Below, one piece after another: positions 1 to 9,403 of a DNA stretch of 64,000 bases; position 1 is the stretch's first letter; every line of letters starts with the position of its first letter. Position numbers and translations under genes: made by a program. The notes under the pieces were generated by a model that saw nothing but the letters and a program-made list of their open reading frames with translations, searched no databases and had not been told where the DNA came from. The DNA comes from Candidatus Omnitrophota bacterium (lineage in GTDB: Bacteria > Omnitrophota > Gorgyraeia > Duberdicusellales > 4484-171). The stretch covers positions 11,801 to 75,800 of the forward strand of contig JBDRJF010000001.1 in NCBI GenBank assembly GCA_043815185.1. Direction: 5' to 3'.

Positions 1-1590
1 CTCAACTATATCCAGTTTCCCCTCTAAAGAAGCAGTAAACCCCTCATCCATAACCTGAGGGAAAAACTTTACTAAGAGGTCGCTAACCTTTATTCCCAGC
101 TCAGTAGGCCAAAATGCTCTTTTTTCCCTACGGGCATAATTTCTTCTAAAAAGAGTATAGATAATCGGAGCATAAGTAGACGGACGGCCAATACCTTTCT
201 CCTCCAACAACTTCACTAAAGAAGCATCATTATAACGCGCGGGTGCCTTAGTAGTATGTTCAGTAACTGCTAAATCTTCCAGTTTGACTTCCTGGCCCTG
301 TTTAAGCGGAGGGAGCGGGTTCTCAACTCCGCCCAGGCCCAAAACCTTTAAAAATCCTTCAAATAAAACCCTCTTACCTATAGCTTCAAATTCCCCGTCC
401 TCGGATACTATCCGGGCTTTATTAGACTCCAGTATTGCCTCCTTCATCAGCCCAGCTGCAAATCTTCGCCAAATTAATTCGTATAATTTAGCTTCATCAG
501 CAACAACCAGTTTTGCTATATCTTGAGGCTGACGAAAAATACTGGTTGGCCTTATTGCCTCATGAGCTAACTGAGCGCCCTTTTTTTTCCGGTAATGGTA
601 TTCATGTAACGATAAGTAGCCCTCGCCGAACTCATCTTTGATGAATTCTCTGGCTTCTTTTCTGGCAGCTCCACTTATATGGAAAGAATCAGTACGCATA
701 TAAGTAATCAGCCCTACGCTTTTATTCCCAATCTGAATTCCTTCATACAGCTTCTGAGCTAAAAACATTGTCTTCTGGGCCGACAACCTTAAATAATTAA
801 AGGCTTCTTGCTGAAGCAGAGAAGTAATAAAGGGTGGCGGGGGTTTGCGTTTAATTTCTTTTCTGGTCAGCTCATTTATCAAGAAACTCTCGCTTTTTAG
901 TTTTTTAAGACACTCTTCTGCTTCTTCCCTGCTTTCAAAAACTCTTTTCTTCTTCTTATATTTACTAAGCTTTGCCTTAAATAGACTGGAACCAGCCCTA
1001 AATGTTGCTTCTAAGGAAAATGTAGTCTTAGGCAGAAAATTCCTAATCTCCTTTTCTCTCTCAACGATAAATTTTAAAGCAATTGACTGTACTCTTCCCG
1101 CAGATAAACCTCGCACTATTCTTTTCCAAAGAAGCGGCGATAAACGATAACCCACTATCCGGTCTAAGACCCTGCGGGCTATTTGGGAATTAACCTTGTC
1201 TATATCTATCTGGCTGTGCTTCTTAAATGCCTTGGTTAAGGCCTCCTCGGTTATCTCATGAAAAACAACCCGATAAAACTTCATGTTTTTAGTTGCTAAT
1301 CTTTGTTTTATATGCCAACTAATAGCCTCACCTTCCCGATCAGGGTCAGTGGCCAGATAAATAGCTTTTTTACCCTTAGCCTTTTTCTTTAACTGGCTGA
1401 TTATCTTCTCCTTTCCGGGAATAATCTGATAGACTGGTTCAAATCTATTCTCAATATCAACCGAGAGTTTATTGGCTGGCAGGTCAATTAAATGCCCCAT
1501 GGAAGAAGTTACTTCATACTCTTTGCCCAGTATCGAAGAAATCGTCTTGGCTTTAGTTGGTGATTCGACAATTACTAAGTATTTACTCAT
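1..1590 (-). CDS. topA: DNA topoisomerase I, N-terminal ~530 aa; C-terminus runs off window start
   Basis: Reverse-complement translation from ATG at 1588-1590 gives MSKYLVIVESPTKAKTI...GRLDKQ-type Toprim/Topo IA motifs (ESPTKAKTI, DPDREGEAI, TYMRTDS). Not in ORF track because it is edge-truncated. Confidence 0.85.
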   Translation of the reverse strand, partial: MSKYLVIVESPTKAKTISSILGKEYEVTSSMGHLIDLPANKLSVDIENRFEPVYQIIPGKEKIISQLKKKAKGKKAIYLATDPDREGEAISWHIKQRLATKNMKFYRVVFHEITEEALTKAFKKHSQIDIDKVNSQIARRVLDRIVGYRLSPLLWKRIVRGLSAGRVQSIALKFIVEREKEIRNFLPKTTFSLEATFRAGSSLFKAKLSKYKKKKRVFESREEAEECLKKLKSESFLINELTRKEIKRKPPPPFITSLLQQEAFNYLRLSAQKTMFLAQKLYEGIQIGNKSVGLITYMRTDSFHISGAARKEAREFIKDEFGEGYLSLHEYHYRKKKGAQLAHEAIRPTSIFRQPQDIAKLVVADEAKLYELIWRRFAAGLMKEAILESNKARIVSEDGEFEAIGKRVLFEGFLKVLGLGGVENPLPPLKQGQEVKLEDLAVTEHTTKAPARYNDASLVKLLEEKGIGRPSTYAPIIYTLFRRNYARREKRAFWPTELGIKVSDLLVKFFPQVMDEGFTASLEGKLDIVE

Positions 1591-1601
1591 GTTTCATGCT
1601 C

Positions 1602-2492
1602 TCAATTTACACTTACCGGTTGTCTAACTCCTGCTATATCCATCTCTGCCAATATATCTTCCACGCAATCAACTAACTTTGCCCCTTCCTTGATCAAGAT
1701 ATGTGTACCCTTACTTAAGGGAGAGTTTACACTCCCGGGAATAGCAAAAACTTCTCGATTCTGCTCACAGGCTAGATGGGCAGTTATCAGCGCGCCGCTA
1801 CGCGAACCAGCTTCTACAACCAATACTCCTCGGGACATCCCGCTTACGATTCGGTTCCGGCGGGGAAAGTTTTCCTTCAAAGGTGCTGTAAGCATGGGGA
1901 ATTCCGAAATAACTGCTCCTCTGGCAATAATCTCATCAACTAACCTTGTGTTTTCCCGAGGATAAATATTTAACAAACCACTACCAAGAACAGCTATAGT
2001 TTCCCCGTTTTGGATTGCCTGACGATGAGCAGCAGTATCGATTCCTTTGGCTAAACCTGATATGATAACCATACCCTTCCGGCAAAGCTGAGCCGTAAAA
2101 TCTTTAGTTATCGAGATACCGTAACTGGTAGGCTTACGGCTACCGACGATAGCCAATGAAAATTTATCCAAAATCGCCCGGCTGCCCTTAAGATAAAGCA
2201 CTAACGGCGGGCTGCTTATTTCTTTCAGCAGCTGGGGATAATCAGAATCAAAAATATCTATACAATCTACCTTTTCTTGGGCGATTAACTCCAATTCCCG
2301 GCCGAAAATTGCGGAAGCTCTTAAAGCCAGGATTCTTTTAATATCTTCGTCCTGAAAGTAAGCAATACTCTTAAAATCACTAACCCCGGCCTTAAATATC
2401 CAATCAATATCTTCGAAGCAAGAAAGAATGCCAGAAATTTTCCCCGGGCTTAAATTTAAGAGGTTGAGCAGAATCGTACCTTTCTTAGCCAT
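1602..2492 (-). CDS. dprA: DNA processing protein DprA/Smf
   Basis: 296 aa with a DprA Rossmann-like core (LAIVGSRKPTSYG...). The dprA-topA adjacency is widely conserved. Confidence 0.85.
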   Translation of the reverse strand: MAKKGTILLNLLNLSPGKISGILSCFEDIDWIFKAGVSDFKSIAYFQDEDIKRILALRASAIFGRELELIAQEKVDCIDIFDSDYPQLLKEISSPPLVLYLKGSRAILDKFSLAIVGSRKPTSYGISITKDFTAQLCRKGMVIISGLAKGIDTAAHRQAIQNGETIAVLGSGLLNIYPRENTRLVDEIIARGAVISEFPMLTAPLKENFPRRNRIVSGMSRGVLVVEAGSRSGALITAHLACEQNREVFAIPGSVNSPLSKGTHILIKEGAKLVDCVEDILAEMDIAGVRQPVSVN

Positions 2493-2991
2493 TGTTTAAA
2501 ATCGCTATAATTTTATTAGCAATTTCTTCCGGAGATAGGTTGTCGGTACCAATTGAGTAGTCAGCCTGGGCATAGTAAGAAGCCCTCTTCTCAAGCAATT
2601 GTTTAATCTTCTCTTGGGGATTATCAACATTGAGAATCGGACGATGGGTATGTTCTTTTGTTCTTTGGTAAATTGTCGAAACTGATGCTGTCAAGGCAAA
2701 TACTACCCCGGTTTCCTTAAGCTGTTTGAGGTTTCCCTGATCACAGATAAGCCCACCGCCGCAGCTAATCACCAAGCCTTCCCTTTTACTCAACTCTCCC
2801 AGCAATGTCTTCTCAAGCTTACGAAAGTAAGTCTCCCCCTCTTTAGCAAATATATCGGCAATTTTGGAGCCCTGTTCCTTCTCGATGAGGGCATCCATCT
2901 CTACAAACTCCCGGCCCAAGGTCGTAGCCAAGTTTTGTCCGACAACCGTCTTACCACTACCCATAAACCCTACTAAATAGATATTTTTCAT
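2485..2991 (-). CDS. aroK: Shikimate kinase
   Basis: 168 aa with P-loop GFMGSGKT and shikimate kinase length and motifs. Confidence 0.85.
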   Translation of the reverse strand: MKNIYLVGFMGSGKTVVGQNLATTLGREFVEMDALIEKEQGSKIADIFAKEGETYFRKLEKTLLGELSKREGLVISCGGGLICDQGNLKQLKETGVVFALTASVSTIYQRTKEHTHRPILNVDNPQEKIKQLLEKRASYYAQADYSIGTDNLSPEEIANKIIAILNNG

Positions 2992-3071
2992 CTCTTAGCT
3001 ACAATGGTTCTTCTATGCTCCTATTACCTCTTTCCCTCATCTTAAAGCTTTGTTGTCCAGCACTGGTAATG

Positions 3072-3133
3072 ATGGATATAATATATTATTGAGGCTTCGC
3101 CTCAATAGTCTTGCTTCGCAAGATTATATACAT
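3072..3133 (+). repeat. Paired-palindrome repeat element, copy A1 (ATGGATATAATAT...TTGAGGCttcGCCTCAA...CTTGCttcGCAAG...ATTATATACAT)
   Basis: A perfect 17-nt palindrome at 3089-3105 and a 13-nt palindrome at 3110-3122. The same architecture and flanking words recur at 15257-15316. Confidence 0.7.
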
Positions 3134-3140
3134 CTCTTAG

Positions 3141-3217
3141 CTACAATAGTCCTTTTTGCCTGCGGTTGAGGCTAAGCCTCAACCGACTCGGCCTTGGGCC
3201 GAAATTGTATACACAAG
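3141..3217 (+). repeat. Paired-palindrome repeat element, diverged copy A2
   Basis: A perfect 21-nt palindrome GGTTGAGGCtaaGCCTCAACC (3164-3184), a palindrome TCGGCCttgGGCCGA (3188-3202) and a tail ATTGTATACACAAG. It is tandem to copy A1. Confidence 0.6.
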
Positions 3218-3333
3218 TATTATATTATCAAGGCAATTGAAGAGTTTGTCAAGTTAGATGGTAGTAAAAGCTGCTCTGGCTGTAAAAATAAGCTTTCAGA
3301 CCGAGAAAAAGGAGTGATTTTTAAGGATTTTGG

Positions 3334-4497
3334 TTATTTTCCGTACTTCTTTATAAGGGCAAGGGCGATGATATTCCGCTGGATTTGATTTGTGCCTTCG
3401 TAAATCTGGGTTATTTTTGCATCCCGCATGAACTTCTCCACCGGATAATCCCGCATATAGCCGTAGCCGCCGTAAATCTGGACCGCATTAGTGGTTACCT
3501 CCATTGCCACATCAGAAGCAAAAAGCTTGGCTGCAGCAGAAGCCGGCCCCACATTCTTCAGGCCCCGGTCTACCATTGAAGCAGCACTATAGACTAAACT
3601 CCTGGCTGCTTCTATTTTAGTAGCCATATCAGCCAGCATCCATTGTATCCCCTGAAAAGAACTGATGGTTTTGCCAAATTGAACTCTCTGATGGGCGTAG
3701 GCAATAGCAAGCTCTAAGGCCCCTTGGCCGATGCCTACGGCTTGAGCTGCCACACCCGGACGGGACTGATCAAAAGTTTTCATAGTGGCAATAAAACCTA
3801 TGCCTTCTTTAGCTCCCAGAAGATTATCTTTGGGAACCTTAACATCATTAAAAATCAGCTCACCGGTAGAAGAGGCTCTGATCCCCAGCTTCTCTTCCTT
3901 CTTACCAAAGGTAAATCCTTTCATACCCTTGTCTAAAATAAAAGCTGATACCCCGCGCGGCCCCCTGCTTTTATCAGTAACTGCAATCACAGTATAAACT
4001 TCAGCATCTCCGCCATTAGTAATAAAATGCTTGGTCCCGTTGAGGATGTAGTGGCCTCCCTCCTTCTTGGCGGTGGTTTTTACAGCGGCGGCATCAGAAC
4101 CGGCTTCCGGTTCAGTTAAGGCAAAAGCAGCTAATTTTTTCCCCGATGCGATGTCAGGAAGATATTTCTTCTTCTGCTCTTCAGTGCCAAAAAACAATAT
4201 CGGGAACATTCCCAAGAAAGACGCCGCATAAGTGGTAGCAATCCCGCCGTCAACACGGGAGATTTCCTCGGTAGCAAGACATAACTCTAAGAGGCCGGTT
4301 CCCATCCCCCCGTAGGCTTCAGGTATACATAGCGAAAAAAGATCAGCTTGGCCTAAAGTCTTGATAATGTCAGCCGAAAACTCTTCTTTCTCATCAAGCT
4401 CTTTCGACTGCGGTCTTATCTTTTCCTCAGCAATTTGACGGCATAAATCGCGTAAAATTTCCTGGTCTTCAGTTAAGGGATAATTAATTAATGACAT
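3334..4497 (-). CDS. Acyl-CoA dehydrogenase (short/branched-chain type)
   Basis: 387 aa with ACAD-family N-, middle- and C-domains and a conserved C-terminal YEGTNQIQRNIIA motif. Confidence 0.85.
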   Translation of the reverse strand: MSLINYPLTEDQEILRDLCRQIAEEKIRPQSKELDEKEEFSADIIKTLGQADLFSLCIPEAYGGMGTGLLELCLATEEISRVDGGIATTYAASFLGMFPILFFGTEEQKKKYLPDIASGKKLAAFALTEPEAGSDAAAVKTTAKKEGGHYILNGTKHFITNGGDAEVYTVIAVTDKSRGPRGVSAFILDKGMKGFTFGKKEEKLGIRASSTGELIFNDVKVPKDNLLGAKEGIGFIATMKTFDQSRPGVAAQAVGIGQGALELAIAYAHQRVQFGKTISSFQGIQWMLADMATKIEAARSLVYSAASMVDRGLKNVGPASAAAKLFASDVAMEVTTNAVQIYGGYGYMRDYPVEKFMRDAKITQIYEGTNQIQRNIIALALIKKYGK

Positions 4498-4515
4498 CCT
4501 GAATCCTCCTTCCTC

Positions 4516-5781
4516 TTAATGTTGTTTCTGTCTGCCAACAGCCAGCTCAGAATTTAAAAGCTGGGGTATAATTTCCGAAAGTGTGGGATGAATAAAAAGG
4601 CATCTCTTTAAACTATCTAAGCTTAGATTATTCCTGATACAAAGGGAAAATATACTAATCAGCTCAGCCGAAGCCTGCGAGATTATCCCGGCACCAATAA
4701 TCTTCTTCCTTTTGTCAATAAGAATTTCGATAAAGCCATCAGTGTCGCCATAAACATAGGCTGAAGAGAATCTTAAGAAATTTGACTTTACCAGCCTGTA
4801 TTTTATGCCTCTGGTTTTAGCCTCCTCCTCTAATATTCCTACTTTAGCTAAAGAAGGAGAAGAAAACACGCACTCACTAAGCCCCTGGTAATCCTCTTTA
4901 CGCTTCTTACCTTTAATGTTATCAATGCAGATACCGGCTTGATATTCTGCAACATAAGCAAGAAGTTTTCTGCCGGTAATATCACCACAGGCATAAATAT
5001 TCTTTATATTTGTCCTTAAATACTTATTGGCCACAAGCCATCCCTGGGGACTCTTGACTAAACCAATTGCTTCAGCTCCTAAACCCTCTAAATTAGGGAC
5101 TCTTCCCACTGCCGAGATAACCAGATCGAAATCATTTAGATTATAGCCATCAATATCCTGACCGGTAGCAATATTTATTCCTTTGCTTTCTAAAATTACC
5201 CTCAAGCGCTGGGCCAGGTAAGGATCAAAAGAAGGTAAGATTTGCTCTTCCTTCTCTACTAAATAAACACTCTTGCCAAATCCCTGCAGAAGTGATGCTG
5301 TCTCAACTCCAATATAACCAGCTCCAATGATAAGAATCTTATCCCCAAAAGTCTCTTTAGAAAATATCTCCTCAGCAAAAATAACCCGGGGACTTTTAAG
5401 ACTTGGCTTGGGAGAAGAACCAGTAGCAATGATAATATTTTTTGCCTTGATAGTCTTACCATCTGCAACTAAACTATTTTTGCCTAAAAGCTGTGCGCTT
5501 CCCCAAACTAGATCAAGCCCTTGCTTCTCTAATAGTGCCAACAAGGATAATTTTATCTTTTTAGTGAGTGTCTGGCTTTGGTTAAAAGTATCCGGCCAGG
5601 TTTTATGCGCCTGGCTGGATTTAAGAAAAAACTTGGTAGGAATACAGCCTTGATTAAGACAAGTTCCGCCTAAACTATCTTTTTCTTTTTCAATCAAAAC
5701 TGTCCGTAACCCTGCTTTTTTTGCTTCTTTGGCGCAGGTAATGCCGGCAGCTCCGGCACCAATTATTGCTAGTTCATACAT
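4516..5781 (-). CDS. lpd: Dihydrolipoyl dehydrogenase-like pyridine nucleotide-disulfide oxidoreductase (short, 421 aa)
   Basis: Has the GGTCLNQGCIPTK redox disulfide, FAD and NAD GxGxxG motifs, and a C-terminal HPTLSE His-Pro signature of lipoamide dehydrogenases. Confidence 0.7.
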   Translation of the reverse strand: MYELAIIGAGAAGITCAKEAKKAGLRTVLIEKEKDSLGGTCLNQGCIPTKFFLKSSQAHKTWPDTFNQSQTLTKKIKLSLLALLEKQGLDLVWGSAQLLGKNSLVADGKTIKAKNIIIATGSSPKPSLKSPRVIFAEEIFSKETFGDKILIIGAGYIGVETASLLQGFGKSVYLVEKEEQILPSFDPYLAQRLRVILESKGINIATGQDIDGYNLNDFDLVISAVGRVPNLEGLGAEAIGLVKSPQGWLVANKYLRTNIKNIYACGDITGRKLLAYVAEYQAGICIDNIKGKKRKEDYQGLSECVFSSPSLAKVGILEEEAKTRGIKYRLVKSNFLRFSSAYVYGDTDGFIEILIDKRKKIIGAGIISQASAELISIFSLCIRNNLSLDSLKRCLFIHPTLSEIIPQLLNSELAVGRQKQH

Positions 5782-6692
5782 TGTTTAAACAGTTTAGCGG
5801 CCTTTATTAATTCTTTCTTCTCCTGAACGCTTAATTTAGTTTCCACAATCTTATCCGCACCCTTGCGATTAATTATACAGGGAACACCCAAACAAATATT
5901 ATTTAACCCGTACTCGCCTCGTAAGTACACCGAAACCGGGATTATTACGTTAGCATCTTTCATGATTGCTTCAATCAAGGAACAGCAAGATAAGGCCGGA
6001 GCAAAATTAGCACTTCTATTCTTTAAGTGCCCGAGGATTTCCGCCCCTCTCTGCTGAGTGCGTTCTCGTATCAGCCGGGACTCCTTACTGTTCAAAACTT
6101 TAGAAAGCTGTTTACCTCTGACCCTTATCCTCTGTAAAGGCACAATCATATCTTTACTGTGCGGTCCGTAAGCAAAACCTTCTAAGGAAGCTACCGGAAC
6201 TTTAGTCGCCTTATAAATAATATTAAGAAGACGGCTGGTATCCAAGGATGAACCCATCCCAATTACTCTCTGAGGCTTAAACTTAGTTTCACGGGCGATG
6301 AGGTAAGTGATAAAGTCTAAAGGGTTAGTTACTACGATTACTATAGCAGCCGGCGCATACTTTTTTATTTTCCGGGATAGATCTTTGGCGATTTGAGAAT
6401 TAATCCTTAAAAGATCTATGCGGGTCATCCCTTTTTTCCGGGCAATACCGGCAGTAAATACTACTATGTCTGAATTCCTAATTAAAGAGTAATCCTCTCC
6501 GCCTCTTATCCGGGTAGTAAAATTTAAAAAACCCCGGGTATCTTCCAAATCTAAACTAATTCCTTTAGCCAACCCTTTAGAGATATCAACCAGCACCAAT
6601 TCCCCGGGAGCAAGCCAGGCCAGAACATTAAAGGCTAAGCTTGAACCAACACCGCCAGTACCGATTATGGATATTTTCTTGACTGGCTTCAC
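5769..6692 (-). CDS. mdh: Malate dehydrogenase (LDH-like MDH family)
   Basis: 307 aa with an N-terminal GTGGVGSS motif. Arg in the substrate-specificity position (AGIARKKGMTR) favours MDH over LDH. Confidence 0.75.
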   Translation of the reverse strand: MKPVKKISIIGTGGVGSSLAFNVLAWLAPGELVLVDISKGLAKGISLDLEDTRGFLNFTTRIRGGEDYSLIRNSDIVVFTAGIARKKGMTRIDLLRINSQIAKDLSRKIKKYAPAAIVIVVTNPLDFITYLIARETKFKPQRVIGMGSSLDTSRLLNIIYKATKVPVASLEGFAYGPHSKDMIVPLQRIRVRGKQLSKVLNSKESRLIRERTQQRGAEILGHLKNRSANFAPALSCCSLIEAIMKDANVIIPVSVYLRGEYGLNNICLGVPCIINRKGADKIVETKLSVQEKKELIKAAKLFKQCMN

Positions 6693-7783
6693 TTTTTTAG
6701 CTCCTTGATCCTCTGAACAATTGCCAAAGCAGTTTCTTTAGTTCCTACGGCAGTAGGGTCGTCTCGGTTAGGTTTAAGATCATAGGTTACAGCCAGGCCT
6801 TCTTTAATTACATCCTCGATAGCTGTTTCTAAAATTTTTGCGGCTCTTTGCTCACCAATATGTTTTAGCATCAGGCAAGCCGAAAGGATAGTGGCAATAG
6901 GATTCACCCGGTTTTTACCGGTATACTTCGGCGCACTGCCGTGAGTTGGCTCAAAAACAGCTATTTTCTCCCCGATATTGGCTCCGGCAGCTAACCCTAA
7001 CCCGCCAATGAGCCCTGCGCTTAAATCGGAAATTATATCACCGTACAAATTAGGCAAGACTAAAATATCAAAATTCCCGGGACATTTAGTCAACTGCATC
7101 GATAAATTATCAACAATAACATCATTGACTTCAACTTTTCCAGTATATTTTTTCGCCACTTCATAAAAAGTATTTAAAAATAAACCGTCGGTATACTTCA
7201 TTATGTTGGCTTTATGCACACAGCTAACTTTCTTTCTGCCATTCTTTATGGCATAGTCAAAAGCAAACCGGGAAATTCTCTCCGATGCAAAGTGTGATAT
7301 CGGTTTAATCGACAAAGCGCTGCCCTGGCGAATCTTTTTTTCGGATAAAGAATTCATCAATTCGATTATTTTTTCAGTCTGAGGATTATTATCAGCAAAC
7401 TCGATGCCAACATAAAGATCCTCGGTGTTTTCCCGGATTATTATCAGATCCACATTTTTGTGAAAAACGGTAGGGATACTAAAAGATTTAACTGGCCGCA
7501 TACAGGCATAAAGATCAAATATTTGCCTTATGGCAACATTAACCGAACGGAATCCTTTACCTACCGGAGTGGTAATCGGGCCTTTAAGGGCGACTTTGTT
7601 CTTAGCTATGGAAGCTAAAGTTTCATCGGGGAGTAATTTTCCGTAAGTTTTCAAAGCAGACTCACCGGCATAAACTATCTCCCACTTAATATCTACCCCT
7701 AAAGCTTCAATACAGCTTAAGGCCGCATCTGTTACTTCCGGACCAATACCATCACCGGGGATTAAGGTAATTTTGTAACTCAT
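6689..7783 (-). CDS. Isocitrate / 3-isopropylmalate / homoisocitrate dehydrogenase family protein
   Basis: 364 aa beta-decarboxylating dehydrogenase fold (ITLIPGDGIGPEV, NLYGDIISD, THGSAPKYTGKN). Substrate specificity cannot be assigned from sequence alone. Confidence 0.75.
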   Translation of the reverse strand: MSYKITLIPGDGIGPEVTDAALSCIEALGVDIKWEIVYAGESALKTYGKLLPDETLASIAKNKVALKGPITTPVGKGFRSVNVAIRQIFDLYACMRPVKSFSIPTVFHKNVDLIIIRENTEDLYVGIEFADNNPQTEKIIELMNSLSEKKIRQGSALSIKPISHFASERISRFAFDYAIKNGRKKVSCVHKANIMKYTDGLFLNTFYEVAKKYTGKVEVNDVIVDNLSMQLTKCPGNFDILVLPNLYGDIISDLSAGLIGGLGLAAGANIGEKIAVFEPTHGSAPKYTGKNRVNPIATILSACLMLKHIGEQRAAKILETAIEDVIKEGLAVTYDLKPNRDDPTAVGTKETALAIVQRIKELKK

Positions 7784-7785
7784 AG

Positions 7786-8286
7786 CTAACCTACTTTAAA
7801 ACCTTTGTTTTTTTTAAGATAACTTAAAATTCCCCCAGATTTAATTAATTCTTTACGAAACTTATCCCAGGGATTAAACTCTATCGAATTCCCCCCTTCT
7901 GTTTTAATTATCCCTTTATCAAGATCAATACTGACGACCGCCTTCTCTTTTAAAGAAGAGGTATTAGCCTCTATTAGCGCCAAGCCAATATTGAAAGCAT
8001 TGCGGTAGAAGATCCGGGCAAAACTCTTGGCTGCTACACAAATTACTCCCGCCTCTTTTATAACCCAAGGAGCTTGTTCCCGCGAAGAACCCATGCCAAA
8101 ATTCTCTCCGGCAACGATGATTGATTTACCGGAAATCAGCTCCCGGTAGAAGTTTGGCCGAATATCCTCGAAAAGATATTGAGCAAGCTTCTTCATGTCA
8201 GTGATTGAGAACTTATACCTTCCCGAGATTATCCAGTCAGTATTAATATTATCGCCAAACTTAAATACTCGCCCCTTTAAAACCAT
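7786..8286 (-). CDS. leuD: 3-isopropylmalate/homoaconitate dehydratase small subunit (archaeal type)
   Basis: 166 aa with [10 protein letters not shown] and [15 protein letters not shown] motifs of LeuD/aconitase swivel-domain proteins. Confidence 0.8.
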   Translation of the reverse strand: MVLKGRVFKFGDNINTDWIISGRYKFSITDMKKLAQYLFEDIRPNFYRELISGKSIIVAGENFGMGSSREQAPWVIKEAGVICVAAKSFARIFYRNAFNIGLALIEANTSSLKEKAVVSIDLDKGIIKTEGGNSIEFNPWDKFRKELIKSGGILSYLKKNKGFKVG

Positions 8287-8288
8287 AA

Positions 8289-9338
8289 TTATAAACTATC
8301 AAATTCGCTGACACTCTTAACTTTTCCCAAGGCAGCATCTTTGGTGATAATGCCTTTTTTATAAAGCATTTTTAAAGATTTATCCATAGTATGCATTCCG
8401 TATTGAGCTCCCATCTGAAGTAAAGAAGGAATCTGAGCAATATCATTTTCCCTGATTAAATTCCGTATCCCAGGAGTCGAAACCATAACTTCTGTTGCCA
8501 AAATTCTTCCTTTGGTATCAGCCCGGGGAATCAAGACTTGAGAAATTACCCCTTGCAGGCATTCAGCAAGCTGAACAGTAATTTGCCGCTGCTGGTAGGG
8601 AGGAAAAACATCAATTATTCTTTGAATAGTCTGAGGTGCATCAGGCGTATGCAAAGTAGCTAAAACCAAATGCCCGGTCTCAGCAGCAGTAAGGGTAGTA
8701 GCAATCGTGCTTAAGTCCCGCATCTCACCTACAACGATTACATCCGGATCTTGGCGAAGGGTTCTTTTTAAAGCCTCGGGAAAAGAATGAGTATCGGAAT
8801 ATAATTCGCGTTGTTTTATAATACTCTTATTATTAGTATAAATAAATTCAACCGGATCTTCAATACAAACAATCATATCTTGACGTGATTCATTAATAAA
8901 ATTAATCATTGCAGCCAAGGTTGTGCTCTTGCCGGTTCCTGTGGGTCCGGTAACCAAAACTAGGCCGTTGGGTTTTTGAATAAAATCATAAATTACATCC
9001 GGCAATCCCAACTCATCAATCACGGGAATTTTCCGGGGAACCCGCCTCAAGGCTGCTTCAGTATTGCCCTTTTGAAGATGAATATTTACTCTGAACCGAT
9101 CCATATTCTGAAGGGAGAAAGAAAAATCTAACTCTTTATCCCGCTCAAAAATAGCTTTTTGCTCATCATTCAACATGCTGTAGATTAAATTCCGGGTTGC
9201 TTCCTTATCCAAAGCAGGCGAATCAACAACCGTAAGCTGGCCGTCGATACGTAATACTGGCGGATTACCGGCAGTTATATGCAAATCACTTGCACCCTTC
9301 TCTTGGGCTATTTTAAGTAAAGCAGCTATATTGGCCAT
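8289..9338 (-). CDS. pilT: Type IV pilus retraction ATPase PilT
   Basis: 349 aa with Walker A GPTGTGKST, an Asp box, Walker B and a His box (HLVLATLHT), plus the typical PilT N-terminus. Confidence 0.85.
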   Translation of the reverse strand: MANIAALLKIAQEKGASDLHITAGNPPVLRIDGQLTVVDSPALDKEATRNLIYSMLNDEQKAIFERDKELDFSFSLQNMDRFRVNIHLQKGNTEAALRRVPRKIPVIDELGLPDVIYDFIQKPNGLVLVTGPTGTGKSTTLAAMINFINESRQDMIVCIEDPVEFIYTNNKSIIKQRELYSDTHSFPEALKRTLRQDPDVIVVGEMRDLSTIATTLTAAETGHLVLATLHTPDAPQTIQRIIDVFPPYQQRQITVQLAECLQGVISQVLIPRADTKGRILATEVMVSTPGIRNLIRENDIAQIPSLLQMGAQYGMHTMDKSLKMLYKKGIITKDAALGKVKSVSEFDSL

Positions 9339-9403
9339 CTTATTTACCTCCTCTGTTTATTTTTCTTATATCTTACCTATAAGATACAATAACACTAGTA
9401 ATT

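Noticed and set aside
3089-3122. GC-palindromes with TTC centres as intrinsic terminators for aroK-upstream transcript
   Set aside because: No downstream U-tract on either strand. The perfect dyad symmetry and recurrence elsewhere fit a repeat or operator interpretation better.
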